Shown here piece after piece: positions 27,098 through 40,600 of a stretch of 64,000 nt of DNA. The notes under the pieces are model-generated. The model made no database searches and was not told the origin of the DNA. It saw only the letters and a program-made list of their open reading frames with translations. This DNA is from Balanoglossus misakiensis (lineage: Eukaryota; Animalia; Hemichordata), in contig CM082585.2 in NCBI GenBank assembly GCA_040954595.2, positions 2,634,902-2,698,901 on the forward strand. The letters are read 5' to 3'. Within the stretch, counting starts at the first letter, position 1; each line of letters starts with the position of its first letter. Position numbers and translations under genes: made by a program.

Positions 27098-27424
27098 AGC
27101 CTGTATAGCTGCCAAATTTCACATTTTTCAACAATAAAATACTTCAAATATATTCCCTATCCTCTAAATCCTCAACTTAAGCCATATTACTTGCATTTGC
27201 ATCAGTTTGTCATCTTTTGGCGACGCATACCACGATAGCTGCGTACTGTTTGTATGGAGGCTGATGAAATGGGTGCGGCACCGTTTTAATACAAAAGTGT
27301 TCAAATTGCAACATGCAGTCATAATCGGGCATCGATAAGGTGTTCATGTATACCTAAGTAAGCTTATTTAGATGGACTAATTTAAGTTGGAAATTAATGC
27401 TAAAAAGTGGCAGCTCTAGAGGCT
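27098..27424. mobile_element. TTAA-type MITE; related end at ~54192
   Basis: ttaa|AGCCTGTATAGCTGCCA ... TGGCAGCTCTAGAGGCT|ttca imperfect TIRs. Confidence 0.55.
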
Positions 27425-29264
27425 TTCAATTCCACATTTTCCTGGCAATTGTTGGATGTAAATGTATTTGAAATATGTGCTTTGATTGGATTATATGACA
27501 TAGATTTATTTGAAGGGTGTGTTTGGATTAGATTATGTGACCATTGGATTTTGGATTTGTGTTCAAGAAGTGTTTGGAAATATAGAAGGGATCTGATGAA
27601 AAATGTTCAGGCAATTATTTTACCTTGGTCTAGAGTTTTAAAAAAGGGTGCATGATTGTCATGTTGTTTGGGTATTGATACTACATGTATGTTCACTTCA
27701 AGTTCTATATTTGCAAATTGAGATATGCTTAAATGTCCAGTATTCAGCTTATCAACTCTACCAGTATTTTCATTAATAACAATAAAATTTATGCGTTTAT
27801 TGTTTGTGTAATTTGGATTATTAAGTCAAATGAGGGACAGTTCTTAATGTACACCTTGGAATGAATCAATCAACAACATAATAGATAGGTGAATATTTTT
27901 CCTCTATTTTGATGTGAACTTTGCTAAATCCTTTTTATCATTTAAACAATGACCTTTGGCTTTTCAGAGACGCGGTCAAGATGTCTCTCCAAATCCGTTT
28001 GAGCTCGCGCTCTGATTCGATAGTATCATGCAGATGTTGCTTCATGTGATTGGCTAACGTCCTTGTCACGTGACGTGGCATACGTGTGGAACATACGTTC
28101 GGAACAACAAACGACACTTGTACGCGTAAATTATGATTACGTATAAAATAATTCGGATTATCTCAATTTTTGGCGATCGATCTATAAAAATGAAATTGTG
28201 AAGTAAGTAGGCAACCATGGTGATACTTCCGGTGGAACGCCATTCTCGTGTACGTTAAGGCGTGGGCCCACACAAGGGCGCCCTCTATCGACAGACAGAA
28301 TACGTTAATCGAGCATAATAAACAATTGTAACCACACCAGCCGATCAGTTGATGTAATTCATGTTCAAGACAAGCAAATAAAATGAGACATTTCCGAGAA
28401 AACCTCCAAAACTATTATCATGTGACAAAAAGTGGCATTTTTGGGGTCGAAAATGATATTCTTAAAAGAAATCCACCGCTAGATGCTCACAATCCCATTA
28501 TTATTTTTTAGTTTCACCTTATGACCCGTCAACTTTCTCTGATAGGACCCATACTGTAGTGTATTTCGCTGCCATAATATTTTGACGATGTAGATTATCG
28601 ACTACCCATTGACCGGCAGCCAAAATTCCAACATTTATAGGGTTATGCTGAATCATTAACTTCGTTTTCAAACACAGTATCGTAATCTTGAAATGGGCGA
28701 ACATGTTAACCTTCGATTACGACCAGAGGTGTCAGAAAATAAAGCTGTTTAGCGGTGGATTTTTCGTATTTTCCGCCTCGTAAATTATCCTTACCCTGGG
28801 ACGCTCGTCCAGGGGCGCCATTAGATAATGCCTTAGTTGGCGTGATGCATTGTGGGTAAAATCAGCTGATCGTATACGCGTATCCTAGCAACTGACATGG
28901 ACGCTACCATTAGCGCCCGCCCGCGTTCACGATCATTTTAGTGTCGCTACAGTTCAGAAAATCGTGAACATACATAATTCCCAATCAGTTTGGGATGATT
29001 TTTAGCCACAAATAGTAATTACTGTCACTCATTCATTTATTTAACAAGCCATGACAACATTATATGAGGAAAATAAACCTTTATTTCAACTTCAATCTGG
29101 TGAGTACATGGTTTTCATTTTACCCCATCAAAATAGTGCGTCTTGAAAGGTCAAAGTTCAACTTTTCCTTCGTTCATGTAAAATTGGCGCCATATTCAAA
29201 TTGCAGCAGACGATCCCTTCAGCTGTTATTTGGAGGTATGCACTTGTTCAGTTGGCATGTCATC

Positions 29265-32200
29265 ATGGCATTTTGTGGTTATTTTATGGCCATAGCTGCA
29301 AGAGCAACAAAAGAGCTTTCTAATTCCGAAAAGTCTACTCAGGAAAAGGCTGAAAATACATCAAGATTTATGCCTGTTTACAACATATCCATTGGACAAA
29401 GGTATGCCAAATATCATGATATCCTGGCTAACAGCAGAAATATGCAAGTTACCAGTTTAAATTTAAACTGCCACGATTTGAGAAAACACTAAGTGCTTCA
29501 GTTCAATGGTTGAATTCCAACAGGAAAAATGTCAGTATTTCTCCAGCATTTTTCTGCAACTAGTTGGCAAAAACTGCCTTTATCAAGGCAAATCCTACAC
29601 ACAGCACTTGACTGTCAAGAGTGCCAAAGTAGCAATGTTGATGTTCTGCTTTTGAACAAGTACTATCAGAAACATATCAAAAGTCTTTCCTTCTCGACTG
29701 TTGAGGTAATTAAAGATGCAATGGGAGAGATGCAACAACTCCAAAATCCACATGAGACAAAGCTGACTGTCCCTCTTAAATCTGCCGTAAGAACTGCCGG
29801 ACAGCTATATCAGCGAGTAGAGGAGTCAAACAATAAAGTGTACTCAACACCTTTCAGTGAAGCGCTTCTCAAAGTTCCGGGGTTCAAGCTACAGACAAAA
29901 ATCAGCAAAGAACAGAAAAAGAAAGACAGACGAGCACTTTATACTAATGTCAAGCAAAGCATCGAAAAATCCCACGCTAAAAATGACGGAGATTTAAAAA
30001 CAATCCTAGGATCCGGTCAGTCATTTGCTTGCTACGAATCATGTTGACGGTCTGTTGACTTTGAGTCTACCGATTCTGCCAAGAAGCGAGTAAATCGCCG
30101 TCTACAACTAGAATCCCTCAACAAGCTGACACCAAAAGACCATGTTGAAAAACAGAGTCTGTTGAATGGAACAAAAGCTCATTTGTTAATGAACTTTCCA
30201 ATTATGATGCTGGCAAGGAGGTCAACTGGAGTAGCCTTGCGAGAAAGTACGGGCTAACAGCTGCAAATGGTGGCCAAATACTGAAAGAGTATGCAACCTC
30301 AGCTGGCATCGACACTGACAAGTTCAATATCAATAAGAAGGTTCAAGGTCGAGATTTTGTCAGAAGAGTACGCCGTAAAACATTGAAAGGTCTTGGGGGG
30401 AGGTGTCACTTCCTCAACACCGACCAGCAAGAGCCCTGCAAGAAATATTGAAAACAAAAATAAGAAGTGGCGAAATCGACATCGGTGAATTAATAGCACC
30501 AAAAGAGTTCCAAAAGATGACCATTGGAAAAGATGGCAAATTAAAAGAAGAAACTTATACAATCTACGCTAGAAAAATAAACTTACAGACAATCCGAAAA
30601 CGAGAGCTTGACAGACAAATTAAGCTTGGTGTTCTGAGAAGCCATGTTTATGGGTATGACGACGGTCATTACCAAAACCTAGAAGAAAAAGAAATAAGGG
30701 ATGAGCTACAAAGAATACACGAGTTGAAAGAAGGAGAAACCATCGATGAAATGCGCAGTAAATTAAAAAGACTACATCACTCACGGCACTTCAAAATATG
30801 GCATGACCACAGTACTGTAGGCAACCATTCCCACATTGTCTTCATGGTGAGCTGGATATACGACGCGGCAACATATCTGACAAATGAGGAGTACTTGGAG
30901 AAACACGGAAAAAAAGTAAACGTTGACTCGCTTGTTGAGAAGCCACATCTATATATAATGGGACGATCCAACTCCAATGACGTTGATCAGCTGTCATATG
31001 TTGAAACCAGAGTAGAAGATCTAAAATGTGCAACAGGACCAATAACATCCGACGAAGGTTCCAGGGAATACACAGATGTCCACCGATTTTTTCATGGCGA
31101 TGGACCGGCACAGGAGTTTGAGGATTGGCACCAGAAAGGAGGTCACTACCAGTGCATCTGTGGAATAGAGTCAAGAAGACATGATGATCTGTCTGCATGT
31201 TACCATCTGAAATATCTGTCAATAGATGAGAAACGTAACTTGTTAATCAAGGGCAGCCCAGTATGGTCACGGCAAACTCCCCATCCATTTGCCAACTTAA
31301 CAGTGGCCGACCTTAGGAGAGAGCTTGATGCTAGGGGTGAAGAAACCGAAGGATTAAAGAAGCCAGACTTACAATCTAAACTCTCTGAAATTTTACATGG
31401 TATGCAGAGAGTACCAGCACTGCTCCATCTCACTCCAGAATATAATCTTGCTGAAATAAACTGCTCTGCATATGAAATTTTGCCATCAGAGCCACTCCAT
31501 GACCTGAAGGGACACATCCACAATGTGTTAGAAGAAATTCCAGCACAAACCAAGGATAAAGAAGAAGCAGTAAAGTTACAGAACTTTATTCAGGCAACAT
31601 ATGGTGGTAAAGACGAAATTCGGGGATGCGATGCACGCAAAGCTATCCTTCTGGTGTCCCAGTATCTTCACGAGAACAACATAAATACTGAGCATGGTCA
31701 GCTTATTGACACGCTTGCTGATATAAGCGAAACTGCTTATAACCATGACAATGACAGATGCCTACGACTGATTCTGCGATTGTATAACACTGTATTTTTG
31801 CATGGAATATTGTGCAAAAGGGTATTTGAGAAGCCAAAGAAACTTACCAAACGAAAGATGTTCGGGCGGTATTTCCATAATATCACCGTCCATCTACCTG
31901 ATCAACTGAGATTGGTTTCTCTGAGGTCAACAAATGCTGAAAACCAGGAGCGAGTTTTCAATCGAATACGGAGAGTGACGAAAACAACTTCCTCCAAGCG
32001 TCCAGGTGGTATCATAGGTAATGCCATGATACGTCTAGGTGCAGAAGAAGAGATGACAAAAGAAAGAGATCCATCACAAATTATAGAATCTGAAATTAGC
32101 AAAATTGGAAAGCAGCTCCCAAAACGTCAGAATACAGTAATCCCTGAGGACGAAATACTGCGACGACCAACACTACTGCAAAGCCACTATGAAAGGATTG

Positions 32201-35200
32201 CAGATTTCGTGCTGCCAGGAGAAGGTGCATTGTGGCAGAGACATGAGGAAGCAATAGAGTTTTTAACTCTGATACCCAGGATGATTTCAAGGTATCTGCA
32301 GTGCAATTTAGTCCCAAATATTTTAACTCACACTTTTATTTCTTTTCAATAACAATTACTGTTGATTATATGCAGACATAATACAACAGATTGCATGGTG
32401 TTTTGGGACAGGAAAAACTAATCTAAAATATAGTATCAAAGCATCAAAAATTACATCTATACATGCCCTGTCTTTTTCATGGAACTTTTCTGTCAAGCAG
32501 GTTCTGTTATTTTTTGTGACGAGCAACCTCCATTTTTACAAATAATAGAACTATTCTCGGATATCCCACATTTTTTATGGCTTTCTAAAAAAGTCTCTTA
32601 CTCGCTGCCCTCAAACAAAAACTCAAGACATTTCTATTTCTCAAAGCCTACGAACACTGATGTTATACTTTCAGCGCCTTTGGAAATAACATTGTTATTG
32701 ATTCTGGCGCTTTAAAAATGTTTGTTTTGATTGATTGATTGATTGCCCTTTTTCTTTTTGTGTTTGATACAAAACACCATTTATGTTAATGTACATGTGT
32801 ATATGTAGTGAATGAACTTTCAACCACACACAAGTTCCACCATGCTTGTATATGAGAGTAAAAACTCGCCCAAAATGAATAAATGGTAGAGACCGATTGT
32901 TCATTTTGGCAAGGTTTTTCACTCTCGTGTCTACAAGCGGGATGGAAGGTGTGTGTGGTTGAATGTTCATTCAGTATATATCCACATGTACATTAACATA
33001 AACAGTGTCTTGAATGAAACATAATATTAATGGGGAAAGGGCAGCGAGAGAGAGAGACTTTGTCCCTTTAACAGCATGCAAATCCTTATTTATTTTGGAA
33101 AATTATATTGTAAAAATTGTCCAAGATTATAGTACTTACATTAGCCATTGGTGTTGTGTGTAAACTGTTATATAAAGAATGTTTGATCAATCTCCTTACC
33201 TGTTTATTTCTATAGGAACCAGGACCTCATCTGCAGCGGTCATAATCTATGCAAAAGGTACAATGTGATATCAACAGGTGTTGGTAAGATTGTGTGGACA
33301 GAGTAAGAAGTGAAGCAATTGCTTTACCAATCCACAAGATAAAGCTCTATGACAGCAATGATGAAAGAAGTGGTAGCCTCACTGTCACAGGCTTTCAAGA
33401 TGATAGCAGACGTAAGAGCATATTACATCACAGTCAAACCAAATAAGTGACTTCATCTGTATGCATATAATTTTGGGGGAAACATTACTTTCAAAAATAT
33501 GAATTTCTTTCACTTCAGCCTGTCAAAATTAATTGACCTATATATACCCAGCCATGTTCAACTTTCAATACCACATGAATTCAATGAAAGTATATCTAAT
33601 GGGCGAAATGTGTTGCTTCTCGCCTGATTTAGCAAAATGGAGTGACATAAATACTGGCTGGAACGGCTTAGTTAAATGAACTTTTGAAAGTATTTTTGAA
33701 TTATGATTAGTCTATCACAGTAATAAATTTTGAAATAACACTATATAATACAAGCACTACAAAAAAATGTCAATATTTTATACTACCTTATAGAATCCGA
33801 GGAAATTCCAGAGCATCCAATTGGTGTAGATGATGATGACCATGACTTGTTGATTAATCCTGGTTCCCATGAACACATCCTCTCAGTAGAAGATGATATA
33901 CTTGCCCTGATATCACCATGGACATGAATGACATCGAGCCGACAAGTGTACCTGAAAGGAACATAACATTACATGGTAGCAATGCTGAGGAGACCCGTTG
34001 CAGTATACCAATAGAAGATACAAGACAGACACAGCATAGTACAGGGGAAGACATCAACATGACAGACTGTGATTTGGAAACAGAGCACACTGAGGAGACA
34101 GTTGAAGCAGAAAGGATGGAAGTCAATGGTATGGAAAATTGCTGCACTCAAGAAGGTAACTATTACTATAGTGAAGTTACCATGTATGGGATTGTTCATT
34201 TCAAGGTTCCACTCATTCTTATTTCCTCCCCCCCCCATCCCCAAATAAATCTGCAAGCCCACATTCCAAACACATAATTATGTCACAGTGCAGGAGATAG
34301 TCATTTCAATTTTATTTTAGAAAGGAAAGATAAATGTGTGTGAGTGGGAAAAGATATGAAACATGACACACCCACATATATGTACATTTATAATATACCT
34401 CATGCTAATACTGTGCCGTGATTCGCCAGAATCCGTCACGTGATAGGAAAATAGAATCGACTATGAACCGCTAGGGAAATAGCAGAAAAAATATAAACCG
34501 GTCACGTGACCCGCGTGAGTGCGCAGACTCGGTCACGTCAATCAGCGTCGCGTCGTCTGACACAATGGCCACCACTGAAGATGTCGTCTGCCAGCCTCAA
34601 GAAAAAATTGCAAGATTTTCCCAGCTGTTAGCATGAGGTTTATTATAAAACACCTATAGCCTGGCCTATATTCGGGCCATAGCAGCCGTTTTTACCCCCT
34701 CGTGACTGTGAGTTACCAGAATCAGATGCTATTTCCCGAGGCCTGCGGCCTCGGGAAATAGCATATGATTCTCGTAACTCACAGCCCCTCGGGTGTAATA
34801 AACGGCCGCTATGGCCCTCATGGCCAGGCAATAGGTGTTCAATATTTCATGTTGACCTTGTGGAACCCCAGGTCAGTTTAAGTGGCACAAAAGGAAATCA
34901 CTTTAAGAAAAACTCATTATTATTGCTGTTAAACCTTAATGTTGTTTTCTTGTTTTCATTCAGGCAAGTCAAGTATCATAAGTTGCCAAATCAACAGCAA
35001 AGATAACAGCCACACATGAAGAGTCATCAATCTCAGAGTAAAGTTAGTGATACTTCTTCAACCACGATGGACAGTCTGATATTTGTCCTTGGAGAGACAA
35101 AAGAAGTCAAATAATTTGATAAATCACGAAATTCTTTGAAGGCCCTTCCCAATGATATGAAGTTAATAAATGAATATATAGAAGCTAAGGTGAAAGTAGG

Positions 35201-35393
35201 AACAAAGCTGATGAAATCATACAGAATAGCCAAGCTGTCAATCAAAGAGTGGGAACAAGAATATTGCATAAATCATGGGGGTTGTGCACCAAATTTGGAA
35301 GATTACAAGAGAAATAAACGTATATTGAAATTGTACAAACAAACAAAAATGGCAACACATTTTTTGAAACGCTGGAATATTGATTATAACTGA
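29265..35393 (+). pseudogene. RAG1/Transib-like DDE transposase with SAP motif, disrupted; large first exon plus ~3 downstream exons
   Basis: ORF 30403-32352 carries WHDHS (D1), FFHGDGPAQEFE..GGHYQCIC (D2 + Cys pair), a SAP motif (LTVADLRRELDARGEETEGLKKPDLQSKL), EPLHDLKGH, YFHNITVH and NAENQERVF (E), in the same order as RAG1-core motifs. Upstream ORFs (29064-30047) are joined by stops/frameshifts. The gene continues after a donor at ~32291 into exons ~33216-33411 (EPGPHLQRS*..), ~33794-34155 (acidic) and ~34964-35393. Confidence 0.75.
34390..34845. mobile_element. Long-hairpin non-autonomous element (Crypton-like, inference) inside the transposase intron
   Basis: ~190-bp imperfect palindrome 34649-34839 centred on cccgaggcctgcggcctcggg, with a CpG-rich flank. 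Confidence 0.55.
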
Positions 35394-36712
35394 GAGGTGA
35401 AGTATTTCCAGCTGTATGTGCATGCAATTTGATTACTCAGTGTGGACATATTTTGTACACTACACGTACATTCAGAAATATGGAATATTTTTCTAATGAC
35501 ATGGAGATTTTTGTGACTTCTGATGCAGAGTAAATATACAAGATATTGTTAACTTTGGTGAATTTAAGTTCATTTTGTTGTGGTTTAATTTACTGTAAAT
35601 AATTTATCCAAATGTTTGCATTGTATAATTTACTTCCAAATCAGATGTTCTTTCCTTGTCATTTGCTACCAAAATTTAGTACCAAATGCATGGCATTTGT
35701 ATGTCTGTGTTCAGGCTGTGGTCACAACCAATCTTGTAACTGTGGCTGAGACTTTCAATTTTCTGCTTGATGTTGTCACAGACATTTTCTTAATATATCG
35801 TATACTAATGTTATATGTCAGTTTAATAAACAATAACTTTGTAGTTTTGAATTTTGATGGAAAGGCAATCATCTATATTTGTCACTCATAAAAATGCACA
35901 TTTCTTGACAATGTTGTTGAACCACTTCTCCCAAAATAATGGGACCCTTTGGTTTCAACCCCCAACCTGGCAATGTTCAAATCTCACATTGTAAACACCA
36001 CCTGCACCTGCACTTTATTAATACAAGGAGACTGGAAACAGTGTGCTACACAATAAATTGAGACAAAGGAGTGTTACAAGACTTAACAAACAAGTAATTA
36101 ACATATGGCCTAGTTGCACAGGAAAATGTTACAAACAAGTTTTTCCCGCCCAAGTCAGACTGTGCGTGGCGTGGGTCCATAGCTGCAGCTGAGGTGTTTT
36201 CTGGCTAATTGTACTTTTCCTTTTTACGGACTCTTTTTCCGTGTCGATCAGAAAATTGCCCGCAAAATGTCAGACAAAAATTGCCAGAAAACACCACAGC
36301 TATGACCCAGAATGAGATTATACTTAGGCCGTCCTCTGCATGCCATACTATCGATCGCACGTACCGAACGAAACTCGCATCACATGCAATCCGAAAATAG
36401 CTGATAAGAACTTACCTTCATTGTACAGTTTACCGTAAAAAGCAGTCTTACACCGACGATTACGTTGGCAGGAAATGAAGGCATCGACTAAAACAACATG
36501 AATCGGATGTACCGCGTACCGCCCACACGATGCACATGTCTGTCGCGATACCATAGACTATTTTACTTCTGTCCATTCGCTCGCAAACGTCGTTTTCTGA
36601 ATGTGTTATGAGCTTTGGGCACATTTAAGGACCGAAACGGGGAGATTTTTGACATTTTTTTGCCGAATTTTCGTCAAAACCTCGCCGTTTCGGTCCACGC
36701 CCGCCCACACAT

Positions 36713-37439
36713 CATGGAGGTACTAGAGAGAAGGAGCGAGGACGCTATTGTTTCCTATAAACCCCATGTGCGTCTTAATCTGTTTGCAGATATCATTAGG
36801 ATCTCATCCTTTCATCACCTGATAGGCGTTCATAAAAGCTGTGCGCTTGCGTAGATAAACAAATTATAGCTGGCGGCGTGTCTCCATGATTTACATTTAG
36901 CATATTCAACCAGATCAAACTGCTGTGCCAAAAGTCTCTGCACTAGCAATTACAATGGTGACTATCGGGCATCCCACACCATCCCACGCGAACAAAAATA
37001 CTTGCATCGGGAAGATTGGTTTTCAAAGAAAACCTAAGAACTTATTGTTTTTTGCGGAAGTTTGCGAAAAACTCAAAATATACATTTCAAAATCATGCTT
37101 TTTGGTTGTACAAAGAAGAAAAATAACGCCACAAGTCTTCCAAGACGTCCGCCTGACACGTTTCCGGTAGTGGTGATGCGTAAACTTCACCCCTAGATGT
37201 AAATAAAAGTCACCACGCATATGTAGTACGCGATGTGCGCCTAGTGTTTTTAATATCATAGAAATATTACCCCGTAGATCTTGCAAACCTAACTGTAAAA
37301 TCGGCGGTAACGCACAGTGGGTTCAAAGGACGCTTTCAACACAAAAACACAAAGACTTAAGAAGCTTATCACACTTCAGAAGAAAGGGAGTTAATCCGCT
37401 TAAAATCCGTCCTCGCTCCTTCTCTCTAGTACCTCCATG
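36713..37439. mobile_element. P-element-superfamily MITE (727 bp)
   Basis: 32-bp perfect TIR CATGGAGGTACTAGAGAGAAGGAGCGAGGACG; 7-bp TSD cacacat at 36706-36712 and 37440-37446. CA..TG ends and a 7-8-bp TSD typify P elements. Confidence 0.88.
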
Positions 37440-37693
37440 CACACATGAAACCACGCAACCACGAGGCTGAAGCCTTGGAAACCACCTATGCTCGGCAATG
37501 CGTGTGTGCTCATGAATATGTAATATCTAATTCGCATATTCATGAAAAAGTAACCAAAAAACAGGAAAACATTTTTAAAATACCAACAAAAAATTAAAAA
37601 AACTAAACATTTGCAGTTTTTCTTTATTTACAATTTGATATATTTTTAGATTTTCAGTCAACATTTTTTTAATTTTTCGAGTTTTTTTTAAAC

Positions 37694-40600
37694 ATGCCGG
37701 GTTCAGAGATTTGTCCTTCCATGACTAGGGAAGCAATCAGGGATCGTCACATACGTCGGGTGCGGGATAACACTGTCCGCGGAAATGTTGATTTTGTTGC
37801 CCCAACTACTGAAGATAAGACAGCAATTCAACGTAAAATTTCAAAGCTTCGAACTCTGATGAAGGAGGGTAGGGCAACAAATTTTGACGTGTTATCAACG
37901 GTACTTGATTTCTTCCTGACGAGTCACGAAACGAACGGCGATGGTGGTATGCGTGACGAACCAGAAGAAGGTGCTTTCCACAAACCCGTGTACCAGAGGT
38001 GTCCAATAGAACGGACTGATGACCAGATGTATTTGACAACGACCCTCTCTGTCCAGAACCTCGTAAAAACTGTCGAATCACACTCCGGAGCATGTCGAGG
38101 AACTCTTGCCTCAAAGCGCACGACTATGATGGGCCACCCGGGGAGGGTCAGTTTCAAGTGCGAGGAAGGTCATGGATTCAATTGGAATTCTTCGCTGTAT
38201 TTACCGAACGGGAGACTACTCGTCAACTACAGGTAAGTGTAAATACAGTGACATTGTACGATACGGACTTATATTGTTTTTTCATCTTTTATTTACCCAG
38301 AATACGTCAATGTAATATGCTCTCGCGTCGTAACTTTGAAATGCTATGAACATTATCCAACAGATTGTTACACGGGTTGTTGTCAGCTGGCGTACGGACG
38401 CGGACTTATGACACTGTAACCAGCGGTGCAAATATGGGGTCGTTGAAGGACAAGTATAGAACGAAATGTAAGCTTACACTTTTTTTATAGCTGAAACTAT
38501 CTAGTTTTATATTTATTTGTGATCAGTCCTACTTTTAGTGTGGTCAACTTACATTGATTCTCAGACTGTTTCAATATATTGTATGACCATGGAGTTACAG
38601 ACATGACTGCAGCATATAAAGACATGTCAAGACAATTTTTTTTCCCAAATGTATTAACTGTCGACCATCATCACAGTCACCCCATGACTGTGCTGGCATA
38701 TAAAGTAGGCAAATCATCACTAATATTTCTCGTCTGTCTGTTTTTTTTTATTCAGTTTTTGAGAAGTACCGACAAACTATCCACAATGAAGCGGTCAAAT
38801 CCATGGATGATGCATTAAACGAGGTATGACATTTCACCACCCAAAAACAACTAAATAAATGTTATTTGATATTTTTATCATGCCACATTTTATCCGCGTG
38901 TTCATATAGGCCTAATACATTTTGTTTTTGAATCCAATTTCAGGAAATCGCATCGGAAGACCGCACCATTAAGCTGGGGATTGAAAATATGAGCGATGCA
39001 CGACACGGTACACGAAAGAATGCACAAAACTCTGACATAGTTGTACTTGGTGACATGTATGTAACAACTTTTCATCTCTATGGCAATGATGGTTATATGT
39101 ATGGTAATGTGTTACCCTTACACGCACTCAATCGCATCGCTATTTCTGTTGACAGTGAGTATTGTGTTTGGCATCAACACTACTTCTCCGAACTGACATG
39201 CCACATGCTTTGACGTATACTGTTATTGTAATATATGGCAATTTTGGATTAAATTCGACTAACTTTATTTGTAACTATTTGTCTTTGTTTTAGAACCCAT
39301 AAGTGCATCCATAAGAAGTTGGTCAGGAAGCACGATGACCCGTGTTCCCAAAGACACGAGATGGTTGGGATCAGGCGATTTTATAATTGGGCTGATGAAA
39401 AAGGTAAAACATAGTATTAACACGGTGCTTTCCCATCGGTATCAGTAAAATCCTTGCTAAATGTTTTTACAAAACTTTAGGCATGTACATGGACCACATA
39501 TAAAACGATAATTATAATTCTATGCAAGAAAATATGTCACACTGACAACCGGCTATTGCAAATGATTACATTTACAGGGGTTCCAATTTTAGTTCATGGC
39601 CACGACAACAACGCGTCTGTAAACAAATTCCTGCGAGAGGAAAGGCCAGATACAATCAGCAGCAACGACACATGGCATGGTAAGGCTTCATTCTTACTTG
39701 ACAGGGGAAGGTTTAGCAGCAAAAACACTCCAATTTAGTACATGTACATAAGGACGTCACATACATTTTTAGCTGACGAATTTTGATCATCTGTAAACTT
39801 ATAATTTGAAAGTGAATATGTGTATTCAGGTTTGTTTTCAAGGCAGAGTTGCATCAATCCAGGCACCATTAATTGATTCTGTTTCATCGTGTACACGTGG
39901 GCGAGGCGCTGTAACATCAATGCTTGTTTTTATTTTACAGTTACCAAGGCAATAGGCCGAGAGATGAAACGAGTAACCACGGGGACACAACGAAACATGA
40001 ACGTAACCTGGCACCCTGAACTTGCAGATAGAGGTAAAATCACACACATTTTATGTTTTCTCAATCGCAGTTAAGTTTTCACTTTTGGTCAGGTATCTGT
40101 GGTTACGAGTTTCTGTTTCATGTTCAGTTTTATGCGTTGAATATTTTTTTTCTCTTATGCAGCTTTGAAAATGGAGATATTAAACGTAAAGCCATTTCGT
40201 TTGTGATAACAATTATTACAAATTCAAATATGTGTTCACCTCTCCACAGGGGACAATGTAAAGACACATTGCTACTGGGCCATGACACGGGCAAAACAAC
40301 ACCTTCTGGACAATGGCAACACAACCCGGGCACGAACCGAAGCAGCGGCGCTAATCCGAAAAAAATTAGACAATATTGTCGCTCATTATCAGGTAATTAC
40401 CTTTGAATGAAACAAAATTAACTTTTTTGATTAAATAAAATAGTTGAAAATGTAACCATCGCCATCACACATTCTTTTAAAGTTATCTGTGGATGCCAAC
40501 ATCAGGACAAAACCGTGACTGTGCTTCTTAATTTCCATCAAATAGACGGTACATGTTATCTTTTCGATCTGTAGGATAATCACGCTGGGTGTGACCCAAA

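Noticed and set aside
28469-28762. 13-bp inverted repeat aaatccaccgcta/tagcggtggattt as a terminus of the RAG1-like element
   Set aside because: It encloses only ~290 bp, has no clear TSD, and I found no partner downstream of the transposase.
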